The notes beneath the pieces were generated by a model that worked only from the letters and a program-made list of their open reading frames with translations, was not told where the DNA came from and ran no database searches. A stretch of DNA of 36,439 bases from Elusimicrobiota bacterium (GTDB lineage: Bacteria > Elusimicrobiota > Elusimicrobia > UBA1565): positions 1-36,439 of the forward strand of contig JBDREN010000144.1 in the NCBI GenBank assembly GCA_043819795.1, given 5' to 3'. The first letter of the stretch is position 1, and each line of letters begins with the position of its first letter. Of the stretch, positions 1 to 8,061 are shown piece after piece. The position numbers and the translations under genes are program-made.

Positions 1-627
1 GTAATCGCCGGACCCGGCGTAGATGGAGACGGCGCCGCCGGAGGACTCGTACGAAACGCCGAGGCCGGTCACCATCCGGTTCATCCGGGTGTCCAGGCGG
101 GTGCCGATCGTGGAAAAATACGCATGCCTCGAGGGGATCACATAGGAGGCGGCCTTCACGTTCCGCGCGGGATCTCCATCTTGGTGAGAGGGGAATTTCG
201 CGCAACTCTCCATCCTCTTGAGAAGCGCGAACCGGACTCCTATCGGGAGCTCGGGGATGATGGACGGCCCCGTCCCGGACCGCCAGTAATGCTCGCTGCC
301 CGGACCGTTGCCGCTGCGCCAGTAATGCTCGCTGCCCATTCCAGTGCCGCTGCGCCAATAGTATTCGCTGCCCACGCCGGTGCCGCTGCGCCAATAGTGT
401 TCGCTGCCCGCGCCGTTGCCGCTGCGCCAGAAGTGCTCGCTGCCCACGCCGTTGCCGCTGCGCCAGAAGTGCTCGCTGCCCACGCCGTTGCCGCTCGCCC
501 AGAAGCGCTCGCTCCCGACGCCGTTGCCTCTGACCCAATAGGTCTCGCTCGCGAACGCCGTCGTCGCCAAGCCGAGCACCGCGAAGAGGGCGAAAGAATA
601 TCCGAAAACACTCGCTCGATTTCTCAC
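1..627 (-). CDS. Secreted protein with eight tandem 12-aa SEHYWRSGxGxG repeats (3' end beyond window)
   Basis: Manual translation from GTG at 627 (GGAAGG 5 nt upstream) is open to base 1: MRNRASVFGYSFALFAVLGLATTAFA|SETYWVRGNGVG SERFWASGNGVG SEHFWRSGNGVG SEHFWRSGNGAG SEHYWRSGTGVG SEYYWRSGTGMG SEHYWRSGNGPG SEHYWRSGTGPS IIPELPIGVRFALLKRMESCAKF...YAGSGDY. Has a Sec-type signal peptide with AFA cleavage site. Confidence 0.8.
   Translation of the reverse strand, partial: MRNRASVFGYSFALFAVLGLATTAFASETYWVRGNGVGSERFWASGNGVGSEHFWRSGNGVGSEHFWRSGNGAGSEHYWRSGTGVGSEYYWRSGTGMGSEHYWRSGNGPGSEHYWRSGTGPSIIPELPIGVRFALLKRMESCAKFPSHQDGDPARNVKAASYVIPSRHAYFSTIGTRLDTRMNRMVTGLGVSYESSGGAVSIYAGSGDY
262..549 (-). repeat. 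Eight-copy 36-bp coding tandem repeat
   Basis: Recurrent GCTCGCTGCCC...GCCGCTGCGCCA at 36-bp period; variation falls mainly at synonymous or a few variable codon positions of the minus-strand frame. Confidence 0.9.
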
Positions 628-771
628 ATGTACCTTCCCGACGGGAGGCGGGCCGAGCCCCTGTCATGGATATTCTGCCTGAAAGGCGAGGATCAGGGGA
701 GAGGCGATGGGCCCAAAAAAAGACTGGAAATCGGACTAGGGTCTCGGGGCCGATAGACCTACTCTGTCGCA

Positions 772-790
772 CCCCGCGCGAAGCGCGGGG
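772..790. terminator. GC-rich hairpin downstream of the histidine kinase gene
   Basis: CCCCGCGC-GAA-GCGCGGGG inverted repeat right after the stop at 792; no strong U-tract on the minus strand. Confidence 0.4.
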
Positions 791-791
791 A

Positions 792-1895
792 TTATTTTTC
801 CAGGGAATAGACGGGCAGGGTGAAGAAGAAAGTGCTGCCCTTCCCGAGGCTGCTCTCCACCCAGATCTCTCCGCCGTGGAGGTCGACCAGCTGCTTGCAG
901 AGGAAGAGTCCGATCCCCAGCCCCTTTTGCGCGGCCGGCTTCTTCTTGCTCGCGCGGTACAGCCGGTCGAATACGCGCTCGGTGTCCTCCGGCTCGATGC
1001 CGCACCCGCTGTCGGCCACCGCGACGCGGACGAAGCCAGCCTTGCCGGAGACCTCCTCGGCGCGGACGCTTATCGAACCGCCCAACGGCGAGAACTTGAT
1101 GGCGTTGTCGACCAGGTTCCCCAGGACCTGCCGGGCCCTTTTCGGGTCGGCCAATACAGGGGGCAGGCTTCCGGAGACCTCTTCGGCCAAGGCCACTTCC
1201 CTCTTCTCCGCCACCGGCTTGAGGCTCGACACCGTTTCGGTCACGACCTCGCGAAGATCGATGGACGTGGGCTCGACGGTCAGCGCGCCCGTCTGCGCGC
1301 GGGCCACGTCCAGGAGGTCGTCCACCAGATTCAATAGATGCTGGGCGTTCTTGACCGCCAAGCCCACCCAGTTCGCCTGCGCCTCGGTCAGCTCGCCGAC
1401 CATCCCCTCGGAGAGCGCCGCCATGGTGGCGAAGATCGAGGCGATGGGGCTCTTCAGCTCGTGATTGATGTTGTGGAGCAGATCCTCGTGAAGCTGCTCC
1501 AGCCGCTTGCGCTCCACGGCGTAGCGCAGGACGCGCGAAAGCAGCATGGGGGACGCCTGTCCCTTGAACAGATAATCCTGAGCCCCCTCCCGCACCGCCC
1601 GGAGCGCCATCGACTCGTCGTTGTGTCCCGTCATCACCACGATCGGCATTCTCGGCGCGTCGGCCAGCGCCTTGACCAGGGTGGACAAGCCCTTGCTGTC
1701 GGGCAGATCAAGATCCAAGAGGACGGCGTCGATCCCGCCCTCGGCCGCGCGCTCGAGGCCCGAATCCAGGCGGGCAGCGTGCTCCAGCTCGATCCCGGTC
1801 TCCGCCTTCTGCAGGCTCTCGCGCAGCAGGCCGGCGACGTCTTCATTGTCCTCTATGAGCAGAACGCGCATGCCGTCCTCGATCGGCCTCTCCAT
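792..1895 (-). CDS. Hybrid response regulator-histidine kinase (REC-HisKA-HATPase_c)
   Basis: N-terminal receiver (LLIEDN, LLDLDLPD, MTG, AQDYLFK); H-box NHELKSPI; N-box NLVDNAIKF; G-boxes DSGCGI and GLGIGL; GKGSTF. Confidence 0.92.
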   Translation of the reverse strand: MERPIEDGMRVLLIEDNEDVAGLLRESLQKAETGIELEHAARLDSGLERAAEGGIDAVLLDLDLPDSKGLSTLVKALADAPRMPIVVMTGHNDESMALRAVREGAQDYLFKGQASPMLLSRVLRYAVERKRLEQLHEDLLHNINHELKSPIASIFATMAALSEGMVGELTEAQANWVGLAVKNAQHLLNLVDDLLDVARAQTGALTVEPTSIDLREVVTETVSSLKPVAEKREVALAEEVSGSLPPVLADPKRARQVLGNLVDNAIKFSPLGGSISVRAEEVSGKAGFVRVAVADSGCGIEPEDTERVFDRLYRASKKKPAAQKGLGIGLFLCKQLVDLHGGEIWVESSLGKGSTFFFTLPVYSLEK

Positions 1896-1920
1896 CCCCG
1901 CCCGGCCGCTGGCTCCTCCA

Positions 1921-2922
1921 CTATAGCTTTTCCCCTCTCGCCTCTTCCACGCGGGACGGTCCGGGGGGCTCGCTTTCGCTTGAAGACCGCTCGTCTGGGC
2001 CGCGCGGCGACCACGCCGGCGAAAGCGCGCGATGCAGGACCGAAACGACGCCGATATCGTCTTCGGACACCCGGAACAAGGGACGGTTCACCAGGCTCCC
2101 CCTCCCGCCGTGGACCAGCACGACGGCGTACTCACCCTTCCCCCAAAATACCGGATACAAGGCCTTCGCGTCCATGATGGACTCCGGATCGAGTCCCGCC
2201 TTGTGGGGACGGAGGTCCCGGATCGTCACGCTCCCGTCCCCTTTCGAGACGGACATCTCTTTTGAGTGGGCCACGAGCCGCCCGCCGCCCCGGTACAAGA
2301 AGTAGCCCCCCACCCCCACGATCAGGACGAGGGAGAGATTCAGGAGCGGCGTGACCGCCTCGCCGAATCCCTCTTTGGAGAAGACCCCCGCCGCGACGCC
2401 CCACAAGATGGGGAACGCGAGGACCAGGGAGACCAGGGCCGCGAGGCCTCCGGCCACGGAATACGCGGTGAGGTAGACGGCCCGCCTCTTCGACCGGATC
2501 GTGACGGCATCCTCATGGTCCTCTACGATGATGTTGTTCCATGGGGTCCGGATATCGTAGGGCCCGGATCGCTCATCCGCCGACTCCGGCAGATCAAGCT
2601 CGAAGGCCCAGCCGTCCCCCGCGCGGACCACGAAGCGGGGATCGAACCGGAACTGGTCCTGATGGTCGAGGCAAAAGAGGAACTCCCGTTCCCCTTCGCG
2701 GACCGTCCGGTACGACTCCCCGCTCGTTGGACAGACGATCCCGGAAGGGTCCGCTCCATCCGTGACGCTGACGAGGTTCTTCAGGCACCCGAAAGACTTG
2801 GCGCCGAAGAGCAGGGTGGCGAGCCTGGGCGCCAAGGCGGCCGCGAGCACGCCGAGCGCGACGATCAGGAGCATGCCCTCGATCTGACGGCCTTTCTCGT
2901 TTCTGAACAGCCCGCGCATCAT
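1921..2922 (-). CDS. Membrane protein with degenerate type IV pilin-like N-terminus
   Basis: 333-aa ORF abutting the helicase stop; NEKG|RQIEGMLLIVALGVLAAALAP, CLKNL and CPTSGESY...CLDH motifs; two further hydrophobic segments. Confidence 0.6.
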   Translation of the reverse strand: MMRGLFRNEKGRQIEGMLLIVALGVLAAALAPRLATLLFGAKSFGCLKNLVSVTDGADPSGIVCPTSGESYRTVREGEREFLFCLDHQDQFRFDPRFVVRAGDGWAFELDLPESADERSGPYDIRTPWNNIIVEDHEDAVTIRSKRRAVYLTAYSVAGGLAALVSLVLAFPILWGVAAGVFSKEGFGEAVTPLLNLSLVLIVGVGGYFLYRGGGRLVAHSKEMSVSKGDGSVTIRDLRPHKAGLDPESIMDAKALYPVFWGKGEYAVVLVHGGRGSLVNRPLFRVSEDDIGVVSVLHRALSPAWSPRGPDERSSSESEPPGPSRVEEARGEKL

Positions 2923-2925
2923 CGG

Positions 2926-4479
2926 TTATAGGTCGAAGAGCGACGGTTGGCTCTCCCTGGCGGCCTTCTTCTTGACGGGAGCCCGGCTCGCCTCGAGCAC
3001 GCGCAGCTCCTCCTCGATATCCTTCACGAACGGCGAAGGCCCGGCCTCGCGCGGACTCCCGAACAGGAGCCTCCGCTTGGCGTAGGAGATGAACAGGCGG
3101 CTCTTGGCGCGCGTCATGCCCACGTAGAAGAGGCGCCTCTCCTCCTCGAGCTCGGCCTGACCGCCCTCGTCGCGGCGAAAGGGCAGCACTCCGTCTTCGC
3201 ACCCCGTCAGGAAGACCACCGGGAACTCCAGGCCCTTGGCGCGGTGGAGCGTCATGAGGCTGATCCCTTCGCCCCTTGGGCCCTTGCCCTCGCGAAAATC
3301 CTCGAGGTCCTCCTCGGCCGAGTCCTTTCCGCCGTCTCCTTTAGGCTTCTTCCCGAAGGTCCGGTACGGCAGGCCCACGCGACCGAGCGCCTCCTCGAAC
3401 CTCCGGGCCTGGGCGTGGAAGCGGTACAGGACGGCTATGTCGTCGAGCCCGTAGGCGTAGCTCTCGCTCTCCTTCTCGGCCCACCGGCTGTCGATGGTGA
3501 AGTGGCTGGAGCCGCCGAGCAGGCCCTCGATGCGGCGCGCGGTCATCTCCGCCTCCTGGCGGTCGCTCCGATGCTCGGAGATCCCGACCGGGAGCCCCCG
3601 CTCCATGCGGGCGCGCAGGTCCCTGGGCAGTTGAGCCCGGTTGCGCCGGATCACCTGCTTCGCCGCCTCCAGGATCACCGCCTGGGAGCGGTAGTTCTCC
3701 GAGAGCGGCAGCACCCGATGGCCGGGAAAGTCCTCCTTGAAGCGCTCGAACGGGCTGAAGGAGCCGCTGGCGAAGCCGTAGAGGGCCTGGTCCGGGTCCC
3801 CGATCACGCAGACGTTCCCGGAGGCCAGCCGGCGCAACAGCGCGTACTGGGCCAGGCTCGTGTCCTGGAACTCGTCCACCAGGATGTGGCGGAAGCGTCC
3901 GCGATACCGTTCGAGGACCTCCGGCTTCTCGTCGAAGAGGCGGCACGCGAAGATGAAGAGATCCTCGTAGTCGAGGAGCTTGGCGGTCGAGAGCCTACGC
4001 TGATACTCCGCGCCCGGGCCATCCGCCGGCGCCCGAAGCCGCAGCTTGTCCCGCCGCACGCCCTCCAGGAAGGCGCCCATCTCCTTGCGGGGCATGAGGC
4101 CCTCCAGAAGGACCGGCTTCTCCTCTTCCGGGACGACGGAGAAGGCGACGCCGGGGCCGAACGGATACCCCTCTTGGCGCAGGATGCGCAGAGCCGCCGC
4201 GTGGAACGTCTCCACCCAGAGCTCGGCCAGCCCTTCCGCGGCCGGAGTCCCCGACAGCAGGCGCTCGAGCCGCCGCCTCATCTCGCCCGCCGCGCTGCGC
4301 GTGAAGGTGACGGCGAGGATGTCGCGGGCCGGGACGCCCTTCTCCCGAAGAAGATGCGCCACGCGATGGGCGAAGGTGCGGGTCTTGCCGGTCCCGGGCC
4401 CGGCCGAGATGATGCCGGGACCGTCGGTGGACCGTACGGCCTCGAGCTGGCGGCTGTTGAGCTCCGGGGGGTTACTCAC
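2926..4479 (-). CDS. UvrD/Rep/PcrA-family (SF1A) helicase, compact form
   Basis: Q motif (LNSRQ), Walker A AGPGTGKT, TFT, DEFQD, GDPDQ, NYRS, LYR, MTLHRAKGLEF, EEERRLFYVGMTRAK; GAGG before the GTG start. Confidence 0.92.
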   Translation of the reverse strand: MSNPPELNSRQLEAVRSTDGPGIISAGPGTGKTRTFAHRVAHLLREKGVPARDILAVTFTRSAAGEMRRRLERLLSGTPAAEGLAELWVETFHAAALRILRQEGYPFGPGVAFSVVPEEEKPVLLEGLMPRKEMGAFLEGVRRDKLRLRAPADGPGAEYQRRLSTAKLLDYEDLFIFACRLFDEKPEVLERYRGRFRHILVDEFQDTSLAQYALLRRLASGNVCVIGDPDQALYGFASGSFSPFERFKEDFPGHRVLPLSENYRSQAVILEAAKQVIRRNRAQLPRDLRARMERGLPVGISEHRSDRQEAEMTARRIEGLLGGSSHFTIDSRWAEKESESYAYGLDDIAVLYRFHAQARRFEEALGRVGLPYRTFGKKPKGDGGKDSAEEDLEDFREGKGPRGEGISLMTLHRAKGLEFPVVFLTGCEDGVLPFRRDEGGQAELEEERRLFYVGMTRAKSRLFISYAKRRLLFGSPREAGPSPFVKDIEEELRVLEASRAPVKKKAARESQPSLFDL

Positions 4480-4489
4480 GGCCTCGGGA

Positions 4490-5773
4490 TCAAAGCAGCG
4501 AAAGCTGCGCCGTCTCGGTGAAGTCTTTCTCGCGGAGCAGCGAGATGACGCCGTACTCGCCGTCGTAGCCCGCCGAGACCTTGACCTCTCCCTTGCGCAT
4601 CCTGCGCAAGGCCACGGCCAGAAGCGGGAAGCCCGCGTCCTCGAGCTCCCCTAGAGGAAGCTCCCTCAGGATGCGGAGCTCGCCGCCGAACGAGGAAAGC
4701 AGCCGGTGGTACTGCCGGTCCACCTTCACGCTGCCCGGCCCGACGCGGAGCGTCTGTCCGAGCGCCTCCTTCAAGGGGACGATGCTCTCATAGCCGTGCG
4801 CTTGGCGGGGCCTCCGCCCCTCCTCGCGGTCGGCCAGCTTCTCCACGCGGTGGAGCACGCCCACAGTCACCTGCTTGCCGCAGACGGGGCACAGGCCCTT
4901 GCGGCGCAAGGTCTGCTTGGGCGTCAACCGGGTCTTGCAGGCGCGGTGGCCGTCCACATGGTACTTCCCCTCCTCGGGAAAGAACTCCAGGGTACCCGTG
5001 AACCGGGAGCGGTCCCGCTCCCGGATGGCGTCGAAGATGCCCCGGTAGGAAAGCTCGGTGTCGAAGAGGTTCGCCTCCCGGGCCAGTTTCTCCGGGGAAT
5101 GAGCGTCCGAGTTGGAGACCAGCGCGACGCCGTCCAGGGCCGAGACGCGCCAGTTCATGGCCGGGTCCGAGGAGAGGCCCGTTTCGACGGCGAAGATGCG
5201 GGGCGCAAGGTCCTCGAAACACTCCTCCAGCGAGTCGAAGCCGGACTCCGATCCGAAGACGGAGAAATGCGGCGTCCAGGCGTGCGCGGGGATCAGATGC
5301 GCCTCGTCGGAGCACTCCAGGACGATCGAGAGCAGGTCCTTCGAGTCCAAGCCCAGGATGGGCCGGCCGTCGGATCGGATGTTGCCGATCTTCTCAAGGC
5401 TCGCGGCGAGCTTGCACGCGGCCTCGAAAGACGGAGCGTACACCATGTTGTGCACCTTCCGGGTCCTGCCCCCTTTTTTGTAGATGCAACTGATCTCGAC
5501 CGCGAGCATGAAGCGCACCGGAGCCCGGCACGCGGCCGGGACGTCCAGGTCCGCCGCGCGCGCCAGCTCGGGCTTGAGCCGGAAGAGCCCCTCCTCCGCC
5601 TCGACGAGCTTCTCGCGAAGCTCGCCGAGCCAGGCGGGATGAGTGAAGTCCCCGGTGGCGAGCACGGTCACGCCCTTGAGCTGGCACCACCGGTGCAGCG
5701 GCTCGGGCCTGAGCGACTTGCTGCAGGCCCGCGAAAGATACGAGTGGATATGGAGATCTGCGACGAACTTCAC
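4490..5773 (-). CDS. Endonuclease Q family (PHP-domain, TIGR00375-like) DNA repair nuclease
   Basis: ADLHIHS...SRACS, TGDFTHP, HAWTP, ETGLSSD, SNSDAHS, GKYHVDGHRAC...CPVCGK Zn finger, GYDGEYG; start reassigned to GTG 5773 preceded by AGGAGG. Confidence 0.88.
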   Translation of the reverse strand: MKFVADLHIHSYLSRACSKSLRPEPLHRWCQLKGVTVLATGDFTHPAWLGELREKLVEAEEGLFRLKPELARAADLDVPAACRAPVRFMLAVEISCIYKKGGRTRKVHNMVYAPSFEAACKLAASLEKIGNIRSDGRPILGLDSKDLLSIVLECSDEAHLIPAHAWTPHFSVFGSESGFDSLEECFEDLAPRIFAVETGLSSDPAMNWRVSALDGVALVSNSDAHSPEKLAREANLFDTELSYRGIFDAIRERDRSRFTGTLEFFPEEGKYHVDGHRACKTRLTPKQTLRRKGLCPVCGKQVTVGVLHRVEKLADREEGRRPRQAHGYESIVPLKEALGQTLRVGPGSVKVDRQYHRLLSSFGGELRILRELPLGELEDAGFPLLAVALRRMRKGEVKVSAGYDGEYGVISLLREKDFTETAQLSLL

Positions 5774-5920
5774 GGTCGGCCTCCTCGGCGGCCTCCATGT
5801 TACCAAGGATGGGCGGGACAAGGCAAAGAAGCGGGCTCGGCCATAATGATACAATCCGGCGGTCCTGACTTCGCGCCCGGCGGCGGCCGCCGGGGAGCGC
5901 GCCGACACAAGACTCGTCGG

Positions 5921-6130
5921 ATGGGCAAGCGCCAAGGCATCAAACAAACGCCGGTCGCGGTCGTCGAGGGGAGGCTATGTCTCGCCTGCGGGACCTGCGC
6001 CGCCGGCTGCCCCCAGTGGGCGATCCACGTCGACGAGACCGCCTCCGTCAATCCCGCCAAGTGCGACGGCTGCGGCGTCTGCGTGGAGCGATGCGATGAG
6101 GACGCCATCTCTCTAAAGCCGCGCCTCTGA
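5921..6130 (+). CDS. Small 2x[4Fe-4S] ferredoxin
   Basis: CLACGTCAAGCP and CDGCGVCVERCD motifs in a 69-aa ORF (C-terminal end of track ORF 4706..6130). Confidence 0.8.
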   Translation: MGKRQGIKQTPVAVVEGRLCLACGTCAAGCPQWAIHVDETASVNPAKCDGCGVCVERCDEDAISLKPRL

Positions 6131-6179
6131 GGTCGGACGCTCCTTCACAGCTCGATGGGCGCCCCGCTCGTCGCTCTTT

Positions 6180-7592
6180 CTACAGCTGCGCCGCTTTTCC
6201 CTTGAAGGTCCGAATGTCGACGTAGCCCTCGAGGTGGTAGCCGATCCTCGCGACCGGGATGACGCCGCGGCGCCGGATCGCCCCGGCCACCGCCCTTCTG
6301 CCGACGAGGTACGCCGGGCCGTACATCGGCCCGATCACGGGATGCCGGGCCCAGCCTCCCGACAGCTTCTCCACGATGGGGTCCGGCTGGACGCACTCCT
6401 CGGCGATATAGCGCCTGACCGCGTCCAAGGACTCGCCGTCGCGCTGATGGCGGATCGGCGCGTCGTGCTTCGCGATGTCCTCGAGGTCCGACTGGGCGAG
6501 GGCCACCAGCAGATCCCGGCCATGCGCCTCCGCGGCCGCCTCGCGGCCGCCGTAGAGGAGCTCGAAGATGCATTGCGCCCATCCCTCCTGGAATACGGTA
6601 TACGGCGTGCACATCGTGCCCATCGTGGCCAGGAACGGGATCTTGCCCCCCCGCCAAAGCAGGTCCTGCGCCGCCGAGTTGAGGTAATGCCCGATGATCT
6701 CGTGGGCGCAGAGGTGCGCGAGCCCCGCTTCGCGGACGGGGTGGTCGGTGTTGTACTCGAAGAGGCCTCGCAGGAGCGGGGAGCCCTCTCGCTCGCCGCC
6801 GCGGTAGATGTTCGAGCCCGTGAAACGGACCCCCGAGACGGTCTCGCACCGGTAGCCGTCGAAGGGAACGTCGCGGAGGTCCGGCTCGTGGCCGGGCAGG
6901 CCAAAGTCCAGCTTCGAGAAGACCCCTCGCCGCATGGCCTCGAGCAGCCCCGCGATGATCACGCGGGCGCGCGGCGCCACCTCCTCCGGCTTCAGGGGCC
7001 GCTGGTCCGCGCGCCAGGCTTGGCACGTGTCGCGCAGGGATCGCGAGGGCGTGACCTCGTAGCCGACGCCGGCGAGCGCCTCCTCTAGCCGGGCGCGCGC
7101 CGCCGCGGGACCGGCGAGGGACGCTCCGTCGAGCAGCCCTCCGATGCCGGCCTCGTAGCGGCGATCGAACGGCGGCGCGCCCTCTCCGCCCGGGCCCGCG
7201 AGCGCGGTATCGAGCATGAGGCCCAACGCCCCGGCGAGGCGCGTGAGCTCCCCGTCATGGTCGCCGGCCGGCCGGTAGTTTTGCAGGGCCTCCAGACGTT
7301 TCCGGAGGCGGTGGCGGCCGGCGAACGCCTCGACCGCTTCCCGATCGCCGAGGACGTCCTTCGCTCCGCTCACGCCCTGCGCGGACTCGCGCGCGGCCTT
7401 CGCGAAGGGGTCGTGGTAGATGTCCGGCGGAGGGCGGCCCGAGAACCACGTGTCGGCGATGACATGGTGGCGTCCGCTCTCGTGCAGAGCGTCCCCCCCG
7501 AAAAGGGTATCGACGCCGATGAGGCAGGCGGCGAGCTCCCGCTCCCTTTCCGTCGGCTCCCTCGCCACGGCCGCTGGCTTCCCCTCGGGCAC
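6180..7592 (-). CDS. Putative zinc metallopeptidase, DUF885-like
   Basis: AHEIIGHYL followed by FQEGWAQ and a late YxxG motif (AYLVG), resembling DUF885 HExxPGH/EGWA. Confidence 0.6.
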   Translation of the reverse strand: MPEGKPAAVAREPTERERELAACLIGVDTLFGGDALHESGRHHVIADTWFSGRPPPDIYHDPFAKAARESAQGVSGAKDVLGDREAVEAFAGRHRLRKRLEALQNYRPAGDHDGELTRLAGALGLMLDTALAGPGGEGAPPFDRRYEAGIGGLLDGASLAGPAAARARLEEALAGVGYEVTPSRSLRDTCQAWRADQRPLKPEEVAPRARVIIAGLLEAMRRGVFSKLDFGLPGHEPDLRDVPFDGYRCETVSGVRFTGSNIYRGGEREGSPLLRGLFEYNTDHPVREAGLAHLCAHEIIGHYLNSAAQDLLWRGGKIPFLATMGTMCTPYTVFQEGWAQCIFELLYGGREAAAEAHGRDLLVALAQSDLEDIAKHDAPIRHQRDGESLDAVRRYIAEECVQPDPIVEKLSGGWARHPVIGPMYGPAYLVGRRAVAGAIRRRGVIPVARIGYHLEGYVDIRTFKGKAAQL

Positions 7593-7748
7593 GCTCTAGT
7601 GTAGCCGGATCGGCCGCCGCACGCCAGGGACCGTTTCCCCGTCCCCGAAACGCCCGGCGGACCGGGCGAAACACTTTGCCCGCCAGGAACACTCACTTAT
7701 AGGGATATCCATCCGGGACAGCAAGAGCTGTCCGCGAGGCGGCCCGTC

Positions 7749-8021
7749 ATGGAAGGACGTCAAGATCCGACTATTCTGGACAAGGTCGGGGTTCGGGGGC
7801 TATTGTGGGTCGTTTGGTACGCCACGCCGGGGGTCGTCCGGTTCTGGGCGCTGCCCTATTCTTTCCTCGCCTATTTGAGCCTCGCGCGCTGCAGCTCCAC
7901 CCTTGCCCAGCTCGCGGAACTCCACGCGGAGACCTATCGGAGGTCCCTGCTTTTCCGCTATCTGCGTCCGCGATTCAGGAAAATCCAGACCCTCCTTTCG
8001 GAGCGCTACGGCGTGAAGTGA
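7749..8021 (+). CDS. Hypothetical small membrane-associated protein
   Basis: 90-aa ORF filling the gap between two genes, GAGG upstream, hydrophobic/aromatic segment; no recognised motif. Confidence 0.45.
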   Translation: MEGRQDPTILDKVGVRGLLWVVWYATPGVVRFWALPYSFLAYLSLARCSSTLAQLAELHAETYRRSLLFRYLRPRFRKIQTLLSERYGVK

Positions 8022-8061
8022 GCGCGGCCGCGAGTCGCATAACCGCTCCGGGGAACCGTTT

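Noticed and set aside
124..756. Track ORFs 124..756(+) and 240..611(-), or a CRISPR/ncRNA reading of the 36-bp repeats
   Set aside because: They are shadow frames of the 1..627 minus-strand gene, which has an RBS, a signal peptide and codon-position-biased variation.
4480..4492. Readthrough or frameshift fusing EndoQ to UvrD
   Set aside because: The frames differ, there is no slippery run, UvrD has its own GAGG and GTG, and EndoQ ends in a meaningful terminal motif.
4706..6130. 474-aa plus-strand ORF
   Set aside because: Antisense shadow of EndoQ; only the last 69 aa (ferredoxin) look coding.
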